In this document: in pieces, positions 20,113 through 29,315 of the stretch
Layout: each line of letters opens with the position of its first letter
Position numbering within the stretch: position 1 is the stretch's first letter
Origin: Leptospira sp.
Lineage (GTDB): Bacteria; Spirochaetota; Leptospiria; Leptospirales; Leptospiraceae
Direction of reading: 5' to 3'
NCBI GenBank assembly: GCA_034439575.1
Contig: JAWXAQ010000016.1
Coordinates: 32,001 to 96,000 of the forward strand
DNA length: 64,000 nucleotides
Notes under the pieces: model-generated
Told to the model about the DNA's origin: nothing
Databases searched by the model: none
What the model saw: only the letters and a program-made list of their open reading frames with translations
Position numbers and translations under genes: made by a program

Positions 20113-21657
20113 TTGGTATTTTTCATTATAGTTGGCGCAGGGATCATCATTTTAGGATTTCTAGTCACATTCATAATTGCTCAAAAAAGAGACGGTTATA
20201 GTAAGGCGCTTACGCTTGCAGCTATGGGTAATTTTATTGATGCGAGATCCATAGTCAGAGAGAGACTAGAAGAAGATCACCAAAATCCTTACGGGCATTA
20301 TGTGATGGCAAAAATATATTCAATGGAAAACGATCCATTGAATGAAGCCAAACACTTAGAAATCATAAAAAAGAATGCTCGTTATACGAAAGATATAGAT
20401 CCAGTCACTGTTTCAAATCGAATCGCAGATATTTATTATAATAAAGATTTTTTTGAAGAATCATTTTTTCATTATTTAGATACACTTCAAGTTGATAGAT
20501 CAAACCCGACCGCCTGTATGCGGTTAGGTTTTATGGCTCTCGGACAAAAAGAATTTAAAATCGCTGACAATTTTTTTGCTAGATTGCCAGCAGAAAAAAT
20601 GAATTCCTCTTTGTATCATATTGCGAGAGGTGTTATATCCGGTGTTACTGGGGCAGGGAAAGAGAGAGAGTATTTTGAAAATGCCTTTAAATTAGAAAAG
20701 TCAGCTGTCTGTGGTTTTTTATATGCTCTGGCACTTTCCCGTGAAAATAAACATAAGGATGCAGTGGGAATCGCCTCATCCATTGCAGACCAAGTGGATG
20801 ACGAATATGTGCGTTATACGATATTCCAATTCCTTATGACCGAAGCGATATTGATGCAAAATTTTCCAGACGCTCTCAAATACTCTAGACTTTGTATGGA
20901 AATGGCTAAGTTAAATTCTTGGCAGAGCGAAACAGTCGAGAGTAATATCCATTTTTCTATGGTTAGTATTTATATGGGTAGATACGAGGACGCTTCAGAA
21001 CATTTAATAGAAGCTGAAGCAAATCGCTTAGATGATCCAGAGGTCACACACCTTGCCAATTTAAAATATAAATTAGAAAGAGGTTTAGGGAATTTAGATA
21101 GTTTATCAAATGAATATGATTTAACCAAAGAATTAAATGTTTTATCCGTCTCACTCTTTCCTAACTCTCGTTATTTTGAGCTTAGTGGAATGCGTTCTTC
21201 AAAACCTTTTAATATAAAAGGAGTTGTAGACGAATCTGGAAATAAAACTGCCAAAAAACTGGATTTAATCGGCGTCGATAAATTTGAAAAATTCATTTCT
21301 ATGACGGGCACACAGTTTAAAAATCAAGCTACGCGAATGATTTTAAAATATGGTTACCGCGTAACAAAAGAATTAGCTAACGTAGAAGGAGATGGTGTAA
21401 ATTATCTTTGTTCAGCTAAAGAAAATGTAAATTTACGAGCCATTTTTAGAATTCGAAAATGGAAAGATGCGAAAGTGTCTGATGTCTTTTTTAGAGAAAT
21501 GTTACAACAAATGGAAGAAAATGGAGCTAGCCGTGGTTATGTGATCGGAAACTATGAGTTAACTGAAGCTGGTCGAAAGATATTGTCTCAACATGAAACA
21601 GATATTGAGCTAATCAATGGTGATAGGTTAGAAGACCTTCTCGATAAAACTATGTGA
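20113..21657 (+). CDS. Membrane-anchored TPR protein with C-terminal Mrr-like restriction-endonuclease fold
   Basis: N-terminal TM, helical TPR-like repeats, then FKNQATRMILKYGY...EGDGVNY...RKWKDAKVS...ELINGDRLEDLL. Confidence 0.6.
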   Translation: MVFFIIVGAGIIILGFLVTFIIAQKRDGYSKALTLAAMGNFIDARSIVRERLEEDHQNPYGHYVMAKIYSMENDPLNEAKHLEIIKKNARYTKDIDPVTVSNRIADIYYNKDFFEESFFHYLDTLQVDRSNPTACMRLGFMALGQKEFKIADNFFARLPAEKMNSSLYHIARGVISGVTGAGKEREYFENAFKLEKSAVCGFLYALALSRENKHKDAVGIASSIADQVDDEYVRYTIFQFLMTEAILMQNFPDALKYSRLCMEMAKLNSWQSETVESNIHFSMVSIYMGRYEDASEHLIEAEANRLDDPEVTHLANLKYKLERGLGNLDSLSNEYDLTKELNVLSVSLFPNSRYFELSGMRSSKPFNIKGVVDESGNKTAKKLDLIGVDKFEKFISMTGTQFKNQATRMILKYGYRVTKELANVEGDGVNYLCSAKENVNLRAIFRIRKWKDAKVSDVFFREMLQQMEENGASRGYVIGNYELTEAGRKILSQHETDIELINGDRLEDLLDKTM

Positions 21658-21661
21658 TACT

Positions 21662-22225
21662 ATGAAATACTCCATTTTAATTTTTATATTTTTTATAACT
21701 ACTTGCAAATCAACGACGCAAGAAATAGAACATAAGGAAAAATCTTACTCCTTAGCTAATTGTCCCATTCCTTTGTCTCAAGGGAAAATATATGGAAACT
21801 ATGGGAAACCACAAGATACAAAAACAATTTTTAAACTTCTAGAAGTTTTATTAAACGATATATGTGAAGGAAATTTAAATCATGTTTCTCAAATGGTTCA
21901 CAATGATTTAGGATTGTTTATCGATGCCAAAGGCCATTGGACGAAAGAAGAAATGTTGAAAGAAATAACAGATCCAAATGGATATTTTGCGATATATTTT
22001 TTTGATCAGAAAGCATTGGATCAAAAAAAAGGTGGAGAGGGTTATTTAACAATCCAAAATGCACTGAAAAGTTCGAATGGTCTTGTGATTGATATGTATT
22101 TTGATTCAAGCCAAGAGACTGAAGTCAAAATACAATTCAATGAAAACCCCAAAAACGCACGTTATTTGATCAATCCAGTATTTAAAAAAATAGATAAAGA
22201 GTGGATGTTGATGCGGATGTTATAG
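21662..22225 (+). CDS. Hypothetical lipoprotein
   Basis: Spirochaetal lipobox-like FITTC; co-oriented 4 nt after the upstream gene. Confidence 0.6.
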   Translation: MKYSILIFIFFITTCKSTTQEIEHKEKSYSLANCPIPLSQGKIYGNYGKPQDTKTIFKLLEVLLNDICEGNLNHVSQMVHNDLGLFIDAKGHWTKEEMLKEITDPNGYFAIYFFDQKALDQKKGGEGYLTIQNALKSSNGLVIDMYFDSSQETEVKIQFNENPKNARYLINPVFKKIDKEWMLMRML

Positions 22226-22241
22226 TCTGATAAAGTAACGA

Positions 22242-22835
22242 CTATTTTGTGATCACCAGACGAATTATTTCTCCAGCTTCCATTTCAGGATTCACTTTCC
22301 GAACTAATGCGACTTCTCGATTGGCAGTCTTTTCATCATAACCTAACTGAATCAATGCCAATATGGCAAGATCGTTCTGAGAATTTGTAATAGAGAATTC
22401 CTTTTTATCTTCTCTGAGAAATGACTCTAACTTTCGTAAATTTTGTTTGATTTCAAATAGAATTTTTTCTGAAGTTTTGCCTTTTACTTTTGGAATTTTT
22501 TCCAAAGTTTTTCTATCATCGGCTTGTGCAATTTGATAAAGTTCATCTGCTTGGAAAAATGATAAAATTTTAAGTGCAGTTAGTTCACCAATACCATTGA
22601 GTGATTTGATCAGTTTAAATAATTCACGATCTTTATTAGTTGAAAAGCCAAATAATTTTTGATTGCGGTCTGTGATTGAATGAAAAACAAAAACAAATAT
22701 TTCTTTCCCTACACTTTCTCTAAGTTGCAGATGCAATGGAAAAGGAATCAAAACCTCATAACCTACACCTGATACTTCGATGAGTATAGAATCCAAATCT
22801 AACCTTAAAAGCTGACCTTTGAGACTTCCTATCAT
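22242..22835 (-). CDS. ruvA: Holliday junction branch migration protein RuvA
   Basis: MIGSLKG...GVGYEV...LFGF...LNGIGELTAL...IPKVKGKTSEKI...ALIQLGY. Confidence 0.95.
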   Translation of the reverse strand: MIGSLKGQLLRLDLDSILIEVSGVGYEVLIPFPLHLQLRESVGKEIFVFVFHSITDRNQKLFGFSTNKDRELFKLIKSLNGIGELTALKILSFFQADELYQIAQADDRKTLEKIPKVKGKTSEKILFEIKQNLRKLESFLREDKKEFSITNSQNDLAILALIQLGYDEKTANREVALVRKVNPEMEAGEIIRLVITK

Positions 22836-23668
22836 TTGCTAAAATTCCATATTGAACTATCAGTTCTATTTTGCCAGAGATCTTTAGCTTTGGTATTCCA
22901 CTTTGTGACTTCTTGTAATGGAACCTTGGGATTTGTTTTTGATTCTATTGTCATTTCGCCTTTAGTAACATCTAATACTTTAATATATTCTGCTGCCTTT
23001 GTTTCGTCACCTAACTTTATACATGAAGCAATGATTAAATATAAAACTTCAAATTCGTAAATTTTTTCAGGAAAGTCTGACAATCGAAATACTTCTTCCA
23101 AATCCAAAATTGCTTTTTTAAGAAGTTCTTCATCGACTGTTAGATTAAATTTTTGTTTTAAACAATAAAGCCGAATGTACCGATGAGCTCGTTTGATCAA
23201 GGAATAGGGGACTTTGGCATGAATTTCGACGGTTACTTTATAGATTGATAAATTGACACTGAGGATCACGGCATCAACACTTCTTGGATGAAGAAAGTCT
23301 TCTGGTTTAAGATCCAAAGTATTGAATTGAGATTTAATTTGTTTGTAGTTTGCTTCCCAATAGTGGACGACTTTTTTGTCGGTGGTAGATTGTTTTTCTC
23401 CAAGTGAACCAACAAAATTAAAATCACTTCTGCTAGCTCCATTAAAAAAACAAATGGGACAAACTGTAAATTGCAATTCATTATAATCTACATAATGGTA
23501 CTTTGGATTTTCATCATAAATAGGGACTTCAAAAATGTTGTGTCGTATCGGTAAGGTTTTTGATTTTAAAGAATAGTTTTTAACTTCGTTATATTTGCAA
23601 ACTGGACATTCCACATCTTGTAAAATGATTGGGCTAATTACTTTTTCTTCACTATTTGAATCAGACAC
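22832..23668 (-). CDS. DUF2225 domain protein
   Basis: CPVC and VCPICFF zinc motifs, helical C-terminus ending AKDLWQ. Confidence 0.7.
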   Translation of the reverse strand: MSDSNSEEKVISPIILQDVECPVCKYNEVKNYSLKSKTLPIRHNIFEVPIYDENPKYHYVDYNELQFTVCPICFFNGASRSDFNFVGSLGEKQSTTDKKVVHYWEANYKQIKSQFNTLDLKPEDFLHPRSVDAVILSVNLSIYKVTVEIHAKVPYSLIKRAHRYIRLYCLKQKFNLTVDEELLKKAILDLEEVFRLSDFPEKIYEFEVLYLIIASCIKLGDETKAAEYIKVLDVTKGEMTIESKTNPKVPLQEVTKWNTKAKDLWQNRTDSSIWNFSK

Positions 23669-23806
23669 TATTTTCTCCCAATACCAAAAATTAGATTTAT
23701 ATCATTTCCATGCGGAGAACCTCTATTTCAAGAATTAAATTTTAATAAACTTAGAGTATCAAAATTATTGGCGTAGAATCGGATATTTGGAAAATTAAGA
23801 TATAAA

Positions 23807-24454
23807 ATGACATTGTCCCAAAGTAAAGACTGCCCTCTATGCCAATCGGTTTCAAATTTATTTTTTGTATTACCTGAGAGAAAGTATTTAAGGTGTAATA
23901 TATGTTATTCGGTATTTATGGATACGGAAGATCATCCAAATCTAAATGTAGAGAAAGAGAGATATTTAAAACATAAAAATGATGTAAATGACGTCGGGTA
24001 TCGAAATTTTGTTTCACCTATTGTTCAAGCTATACAAATTGAAAAATCAATAGACGCGAAAGGATTAGATTTTGGAGCGGGGACAGGACCTGTCACATCA
24101 CAAATGTTATCTGACAAAGGATATTCGATTTCACTCTATGATCCATTTTTTTGGCCACAAAAAGAATTACTTAATTTAAAATATGATTTCATTATCCTTT
24201 GTGAGGTGATGGAACATTTTCGAGAACCGCATAAAGAATTTGAACTGTTGCGGTCTTTATTGAATCCTGATGGAAAAATATATTGTATGACTTCCCTTTT
24301 CGATGACTCAATAAATTTTCAAAATTGGTACTATAAAAACGATTTAACTCATTTATTTTTTTATCATTTCAATGCTATCCATTGGATAAGAGATCAATTT
24401 AAATTTAAAAGTGTTCAAATCAAAGATAAACTTATAGTTTTTACCGTTGATTGA
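23807..24454 (+). CDS. Class I SAM-dependent methyltransferase with N-terminal zinc ribbon
   Basis: CPLC/CNIC, GLDFGAGTGP, YDPFF, EVMEHF, WYYKNDLTHLFFY. Confidence 0.85.
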   Translation: MTLSQSKDCPLCQSVSNLFFVLPERKYLRCNICYSVFMDTEDHPNLNVEKERYLKHKNDVNDVGYRNFVSPIVQAIQIEKSIDAKGLDFGAGTGPVTSQMLSDKGYSISLYDPFFWPQKELLNLKYDFIILCEVMEHFREPHKEFELLRSLLNPDGKIYCMTSLFDDSINFQNWYYKNDLTHLFFYHFNAIHWIRDQFKFKSVQIKDKLIVFTVD

Positions 24455-24607
24455 AATGATTCATAGAAAAATGACTGGAATTTTTCCACCTATGAAAAAT
24501 TTTATTTTAAAATTTTAAATTCATTCTAAAATAATTTTTGAATATTTTATAGAAAAATGCTCGCTATTTATTTCGATTTCATTAATTCATTGGCAACAAG
24601 TGAGGAT

Positions 24608-24910
24608 ATGATGAGAAGAATATTTTTAGGAATTTGTTTTCTCGGGGTTTTGGTTTCTGCATCTGGACTATCTGCCGATGAATATATGTGTGGTCGCATC
24701 AAAGATGTATGGCCACCAGCATTGCCAAAAGCAACAGGCACAACTTGTAAAACAAATGTTATTGCTGATAGCCCACAAGCTGCTTTTGCTTTATGCACAA
24801 GCCAGGCTGCTGATGGGAAAAATTGCTGCGTAGATAATGTTGTACATAAAAATATCAAAGGACTAGCAATTATTAAAGGAAATGAAGTCACTCATATCGC
24901 ATGTCCTTAG
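24608..24910 (+). CDS. Small secreted Cys-rich protein
   Basis: Signal peptide ending LSA|DE; six Cys in the mature part; GAGG RBS. Confidence 0.6.
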   Translation: MMRRIFLGICFLGVLVSASGLSADEYMCGRIKDVWPPALPKATGTTCKTNVIADSPQAAFALCTSQAADGKNCCVDNVVHKNIKGLAIIKGNEVTHIACP

Positions 24911-24936
24911 ATTTTTTAAAATATGATATAATTAAA

Positions 24937-25659
24937 TTAATTTGAAAGATTCAATTTATTTCGTTCAGATTGGGTGAGTGCATAAAACTTCATCTCAATT
25001 TTAGAATTTAATTTTATCTGAATATTAGAATTCTTTTTTATATTTAAAAGTTTATTGAACTTGCATAGGACCCTTACCGTTCTCAAGTAATTGATTTCAG
25101 TATGCCCATAAGCATAAGTTTGAGGATTATGATTGTATCTACTCTCTGGTCGCAGAGGGTAGAGTTCGTTTGTGTGCGTCATGGATTCAAATGACCCAGC
25201 CATGCCTCCCCGAGATTTTGAAATATGAATATAATCGTAGGTATAAATAGTTTTTTCAGGAACAGTACTTCCATTCGATATTTTTATATCTGAAGTATTT
25301 AATCTCTGAGAGTCGGGAGGAATTTCGAAAGAAAACAAATAATAATCATAATTATTTAGATTTAAATCTTTAAAAAAATGAAAATTTTCATCTTCGAAAA
25401 AATCATTATTCTCATCATTTATAATATTCATTAAGTCCTCTAATTCGAAAATTTTAAAGGCACGAATATTTGCATTATATAGTTGATGATCATTTCTTCG
25501 AATAGAATCTGCGGTTTTAAAATAGATTTGTTCCAATTCAGAACTTGAATTTAAACCTGGAGAAATTAATTCTATGGAAGTACAATTCGAAAATAGAAAT
25601 AAAAAATAGAATGTTATATTAATTCTCGAAGACAGAAATTTTAATCTTTCGCAGTTCAA
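24937..25659 (-). CDS. Hypothetical lipoprotein
   Basis: 240-aa ORF with lipobox-like LFSNC; exact start uncertain. Confidence 0.5.
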   Translation of the reverse strand: MNCERLKFLSSRINITFYFLFLFSNCTSIELISPGLNSSSELEQIYFKTADSIRRNDHQLYNANIRAFKIFELEDLMNIINDENNDFFEDENFHFFKDLNLNNYDYYLFSFEIPPDSQRLNTSDIKISNGSTVPEKTIYTYDYIHISKSRGGMAGSFESMTHTNELYPLRPESRYNHNPQTYAYGHTEINYLRTVRVLCKFNKLLNIKKNSNIQIKLNSKIEMKFYALTQSERNKLNLSN

Positions 25660-25818
25660 ATGTTAAACTATAATTTAATTATATTTATTTTGCAATACTA
25701 CTTTTAAGTATAAAATCTGTTTTTTTATCTGGTAATGGTTTGGTATACATTCAATTTTTCAAGGAGACGAAAACAGAAACACGATTGACAAATCTCGAAA
25801 ATATCCGAAAATTATTGT

Positions 25819-26010
25819 ATGGCTACAGCGACAAAAAGGAAACCTGAAAAGATTTTTACCAAGGCAGAAGTGGCAGACAGACAGAAAGACCTGATCCAAC
25901 AACGCCTGGGAATCTTACCTATTGAGGTAACAGCCCATGGATATTATTATGATGGAAAGGAAATGATGGGAAAGTTAAAAGAATTAAAAGCCAAAGGATG
26001 GAAGCCTTGA
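25819..26010 (+). CDS. Small hypothetical protein (possible antitoxin)
   Basis: 63-aa ORF 28 nt after TTGACA (25785-25790); its end overlaps the next ATG. Confidence 0.5.
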   Translation: MATATKRKPEKIFTKAEVADRQKDLIQQRLGILPIEVTAHGYYYDGKEMMGKLKELKAKGWKP

Positions 26011-26232
26011 TTCTAAGACTTCACCTTTTGGTCGAAAATTGCCTATATCTTTATTGGGACGATTTTGACGAATTGCATAATTTCATTGGGATTTAAAACA
26101 AAAGTTGAATTTGAAAAAGAACATGGCTCATCAGGCTTTATTTCCCACAAAATAGGAAAAAACATATATAAGATCGAATTTACTACTTCGGGAATGTCGG
26201 TTTATATCATTTTCATCCACAAAACCAATTAA
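25998..26232 (+). pseudogene. Frameshifted small gene with RelE/ParE-like C-terminus
   Basis: ATG 25998 frame stops at 26094; the +1 frame continues FKTKVEFEKEHGSSGFISHKIGKNIYKIEFTTSGMSVYIIFIHKTN*. Confidence 0.35.
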
Positions 26233-26343
26233 AAACCCTTCGAACCCCCTAAATTTAAACCTTTTTTTAAGAAGACGACATAATCTGAAGTGTTACCGAT
26301 GTGCCTTTATATATAATTGGGTGCTTACAAATTCTTATTACGG

Positions 26344-26360
26344 TCTTATGCGACATAAGA
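26344..26360. promoter_or_regulatory. 17-bp palindrome, candidate operator or recombinase site
   Basis: TCTTATG-CGA-CATAAGA upstream of the early phage operon. Confidence 0.4.
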
Positions 26361-26493
26361 TTGAAAAAGGGAAGCTAGACCTCAATAAAAAAGCCATTTA
26401 GTCAAGTTATTATCTAACAAACGCTAAATTTAAGATTGTTTCAGGCTCGAAAATTGAGTATGGAACTAACAAAAAAAGATACAACTGTTCTGC

Positions 26494-26544
26494 GGATAGC
26501 AGCTCCATTAGTCACCTCCAATGTAGGTGCTAGTGGGCGTATCC
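26494..26544 (+). other. Long RNA hairpin upstream of the antirepressor operon
   Basis: Nested pairings GGATA/TATCC, CCATTAG/CTAGTGG, CACCT/AGGTG, ending 2 nt before ATG 26547. Confidence 0.5.
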
Positions 26545-26546
26545 CA

Positions 26547-26873
26547 ATGGCAACCAAAGACACACTTCCTCAGCTTTACATCACCTATCAGATGGCAAGG
26601 CAGATTTCCAACCGATTGCAAGAGATAGGGAATGAGTTATCAATTCGAATGCGCGAATTAGATCATTATTCTTCTTCTGCTAAGCACATTCTGGAAATGA
26701 CGAAAGAGCACGAAGAACAAGCGGTTAACGCACTAAAGGAGAGCCACGAACGTCTCCTAGGTGGAACTATGCACACAATGTTGAGTTCTATGATATCGGC
26801 ATTTCGTGCTAGTTTGAACGACCTCGATGCAAGGCTTGGGAATAGGGCAAAAAAGGCAAACTCACATGACTAA
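26547..26873 (+). CDS. Phage hypothetical helical protein
   Basis: ORF overlapping the antirepressor start; start ambiguous (26436, 26460 or 26547). Confidence 0.55.
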   Translation: MATKDTLPQLYITYQMARQISNRLQEIGNELSIRMRELDHYSSSAKHILEMTKEHEEQAVNALKESHERLLGGTMHTMLSSMISAFRASLNDLDARLGNRAKKANSHD

Positions 26874-27696
26874 CCTATTTCTTGAATATCAAGGTAACGA
26901 AATCCACTACACAGCCGAGGGGTATATAAATGTAACCCACATGGCTAAGATCTTCGGGAAAAGACCGGCAGATTTTTTTGCATTCAAGCAAGCTGAGGAA
27001 TATGTTGAGGCACTTGCAGATGCAACCGGAATACATCCGAATGAGTTAAAGTATACAGTCCAGGGTGGTAATCAAAAGGAAATTCACCGTTACCAGAATT
27101 CTCCCAACGGTGGGGATCTCTTTTCTACACCTATAGAAGAAGATGAATCTCAATCTGTAATCGCTCAAGGAACCTTCTGCCATCCAAAACTAGCAATCCG
27201 TTTTGCACAATGGTTGAATCCAAAATTTGCTGTTTGGGTAGATGGGAAGATTCTAGAAATTCTCGGTTATACGAATACTAAAGAATCTACTGAGTTGTTA
27301 ATCTCTAGGGCTTTGATAGCTGCTAATGATTTTATCAATCATCAGAAAGACCAGATTCGTTTTCTAGAAGCTCGTGCAAAATCTTTCGAAGACTTAACAG
27401 AGACTTCAGGACTCTTTTCTTTTTCGGATGCTGCAAGAATTTTGAACTTCAAAGATTTTGGAGAGAAGAAGCTATTCGATTTTTGTCGGAAGAAAGGACT
27501 CCTTACTTCAAATAACAAGCCTTATGGTAAGTTTTTAGAAAAGGGATTTTTTGAAGTTAAAATCGTGGCAATTAAAAAAGGTTACGCTCGTTCAGAGAGC
27601 TATCCTAAAACTCATATTACTTCCAAAGGCATAGCATTCATTCGGGAACTTTTACTTTCGACTGGTGAATATTATCCTAACAAGGGAGCTGCATAA
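26866..27696 (+). CDS. Phage antirepressor (KilA-N plus KilAC/ANT domain)
   Basis: GYINVTHMAKIFGK...GTFCHPKLAIRFAQWLNPKFAVWV; GEKKLFDFCRKKG...GFFEVK...THITSKG. Confidence 0.9.
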   Translation: MTNLFLEYQGNEIHYTAEGYINVTHMAKIFGKRPADFFAFKQAEEYVEALADATGIHPNELKYTVQGGNQKEIHRYQNSPNGGDLFSTPIEEDESQSVIAQGTFCHPKLAIRFAQWLNPKFAVWVDGKILEILGYTNTKESTELLISRALIAANDFINHQKDQIRFLEARAKSFEDLTETSGLFSFSDAARILNFKDFGEKKLFDFCRKKGLLTSNNKPYGKFLEKGFFEVKIVAIKKGYARSESYPKTHITSKGIAFIRELLLSTGEYYPNKGAA

Positions 27697-27698
27697 TC

Positions 27699-27899
27699 AT
27701 GAGCACCTTTCCAGATATTTTAAATGAATTACTGCGAGAGGAAGATATGAACGGACCTAAGCGAAATATTGAGAAGAACGTACAGGATGTGAAAACGGCA
27801 ATGGATATTCAAAAGAATATGGCGAAACTAACAGAGTTTCAACGGATGAATCGATCTTTGAACGATTTATCTAACCCCTTAGGAAGGGTTTTTAAATAA
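27699..27899 (+). CDS. Phage hypothetical protein
   Basis: 66-aa ORF in operon, GGGAG RBS. Confidence 0.55.
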   Translation: MSTFPDILNELLREEDMNGPKRNIEKNVQDVKTAMDIQKNMAKLTEFQRMNRSLNDLSNPLGRVFK

Positions 27900-27910
27900 A
27901 TAGAATTCCT

Positions 27911-28105
27911 ATGATAAAAATTGGAATGGAAAAGAAAAAAGAAAAGGGGTCTGTGTCAAAGACTATATTTAGAGTTAGGCGGTTGGTGAATGGAGACATT
28001 CGTTTATCGCAAGATTTTCAGTTAATCGGTGACATGGACTCCAAAATTTGGGAAGAACACTATAAGCCTAAGCTGGTAGGTTTTAGAGTCGAGTATTTGA
28101 ATTAG
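27911..28105 (+). CDS. Phage hypothetical protein
   Basis: 64-aa co-oriented ORF. Confidence 0.5.
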   Translation: MIKIGMEKKKEKGSVSKTIFRVRRLVNGDIRLSQDFQLIGDMDSKIWEEHYKPKLVGFRVEYLN

Positions 28106-28186
28106 GGAAATGGCCAGTTGGAAGGTTTACTCCGCGGTCTCGTACACCACGGAGAGAGGTAGATATCTCTAAAGAGAATCTACTGA

Positions 28187-28435
28187 ATGCCTAGAAAAAA
28201 GCAAGGAAAAAAGGTAGATATTTTGCCACAGATAAACAAATACAAATTCCCCGATATCGATGAGGAAATTTTCAGTGTTAGAGCTGTTTACGAAATCCTC
28301 ACAAGCAAAGAAGCAAAGCATTCGCATGAGAGTGCAATCCATGTTCTCCGAAGCTATGGATATGATACCTCCGTACTCGAAGCGGAAAAATCAGCAGAAT
28401 TAGAACTAGAAGGAGTTCCAGAATATGTCAACTAA
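28187..28435 (+). CDS. Phage hypothetical protein
   Basis: 82-aa ORF overlapping the next gene. Confidence 0.55.
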   Translation: MPRKKQGKKVDILPQINKYKFPDIDEEIFSVRAVYEILTSKEAKHSHESAIHVLRSYGYDTSVLEAEKSAELELEGVPEYVN

Positions 28436-29315
28436 CGCTAATGAACTAATGATGCCAAATGGTGAGATCAATCCGTCGGCATTTGTAAATGATCCAATGA
28501 AGAAACTCGAAAAACTGAGAATTCTTTTCCCTCCAGAAAAGTACAATGTGGTAATGTTCTCGCAGTTTTTAATGAATGCTCTCCCAGAAGGAATCACGCT
28601 AAAGCCGCAATTTGTAAGTGTTACAGATGAAGATTTGTGGGATGAAAAGAACGCAAGCGAGGTTCCACTCAAAAAAGACCATGTAATGTTAAAATCTGAA
28701 AAGGTTATTAATATTGGTCAAGCGGTGGGAATTCGATTAGAAAAAGTTTTGGAAAAGGAAATCGAACTAAGAGGGGTGCCTCACTTACGAATTGAATATG
28801 TAGCCTCTTTGCGATTGCCGGATGGAACGATGGTGCAATCAACACCAACGGGAAAAAATCTGCCGATTCTGACGAAATCTGGTTCTGTACAAGCTCACAT
28901 TCACGAAAGCGTAGATCGCAAAGCAAAACGAAATGCGATTAAAGAAATGCTTTCTATTCCTACGCAAATGAAGCGCACGGAAGCTCAAAAGATGTGGGTT
29001 TGTGTCCGCGCTGTCATCGGTGATGGATCAATTGAATCACAAGCACAAATCAAAACGATCCAGGCTTCCGCTACAGCGGCAACTAACGCTCTTTATAGTG
29101 ACGAAGTTGTTGTGAAGAATGAACCTAAGCCAATCACACCTGATGAGTTCAAAGAGATGATTAAGAACTGCAAGACTTTCGAGGAGTGGGAAACTCTTCG
29201 TGATACTTTAGCCAAGGATATGTTCCCAGACGAAATTACGTTCGAAGGCCTCAAAGCACTTCTCGGAAAGAAATTTCGTGAATCATTTCCAAATGCTGGT
29301 GGAGGCAAGCTATGA
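28425..29315 (+). CDS. Phage protein, putative recombination/strand-annealing factor
   Basis: 296-aa ORF with AGGAG RBS, translationally coupled to the SbcD-like gene; function inferred from position only. Confidence 0.45.
   Translation: MSTNANELMMPNGEINPSAFVNDPMKKLEKLRILFPPEKYNVVMFSQFLMNALPEGITLKPQFVSVTDEDLWDEKNASEVPLKKDHVMLKSEKVINIGQAVGIRLEKVLEKEIELRGVPHLRIEYVASLRLPDGTMVQSTPTGKNLPILTKSGSVQAHIHESVDRKAKRNAIKEMLSIPTQMKRTEAQKMWVCVRAVIGDGSIESQAQIKTIQASATAATNALYSDEVVVKNEPKPITPDEFKEMIKNCKTFEEWETLRDTLAKDMFPDEITFEGLKALLGKKFRESFPNAGGGKL

Noticed and set aside
26270-26300. Complete dif site
   Set aside because: A CATAA-ending arm is present but no TTATG-starting arm follows at 6-bp spacing
25660-26435. 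tRNA gene or tRNA-derived att core at the prophage edge
   Set aside because: No cloverleaf or T-arm/CCA signature found by eye
27873-27893. AACCCCTT-AGG-AAGGGTTTTT terminator-like hairpin
   Set aside because: Short bulged stem inside a coding region; too weak to call
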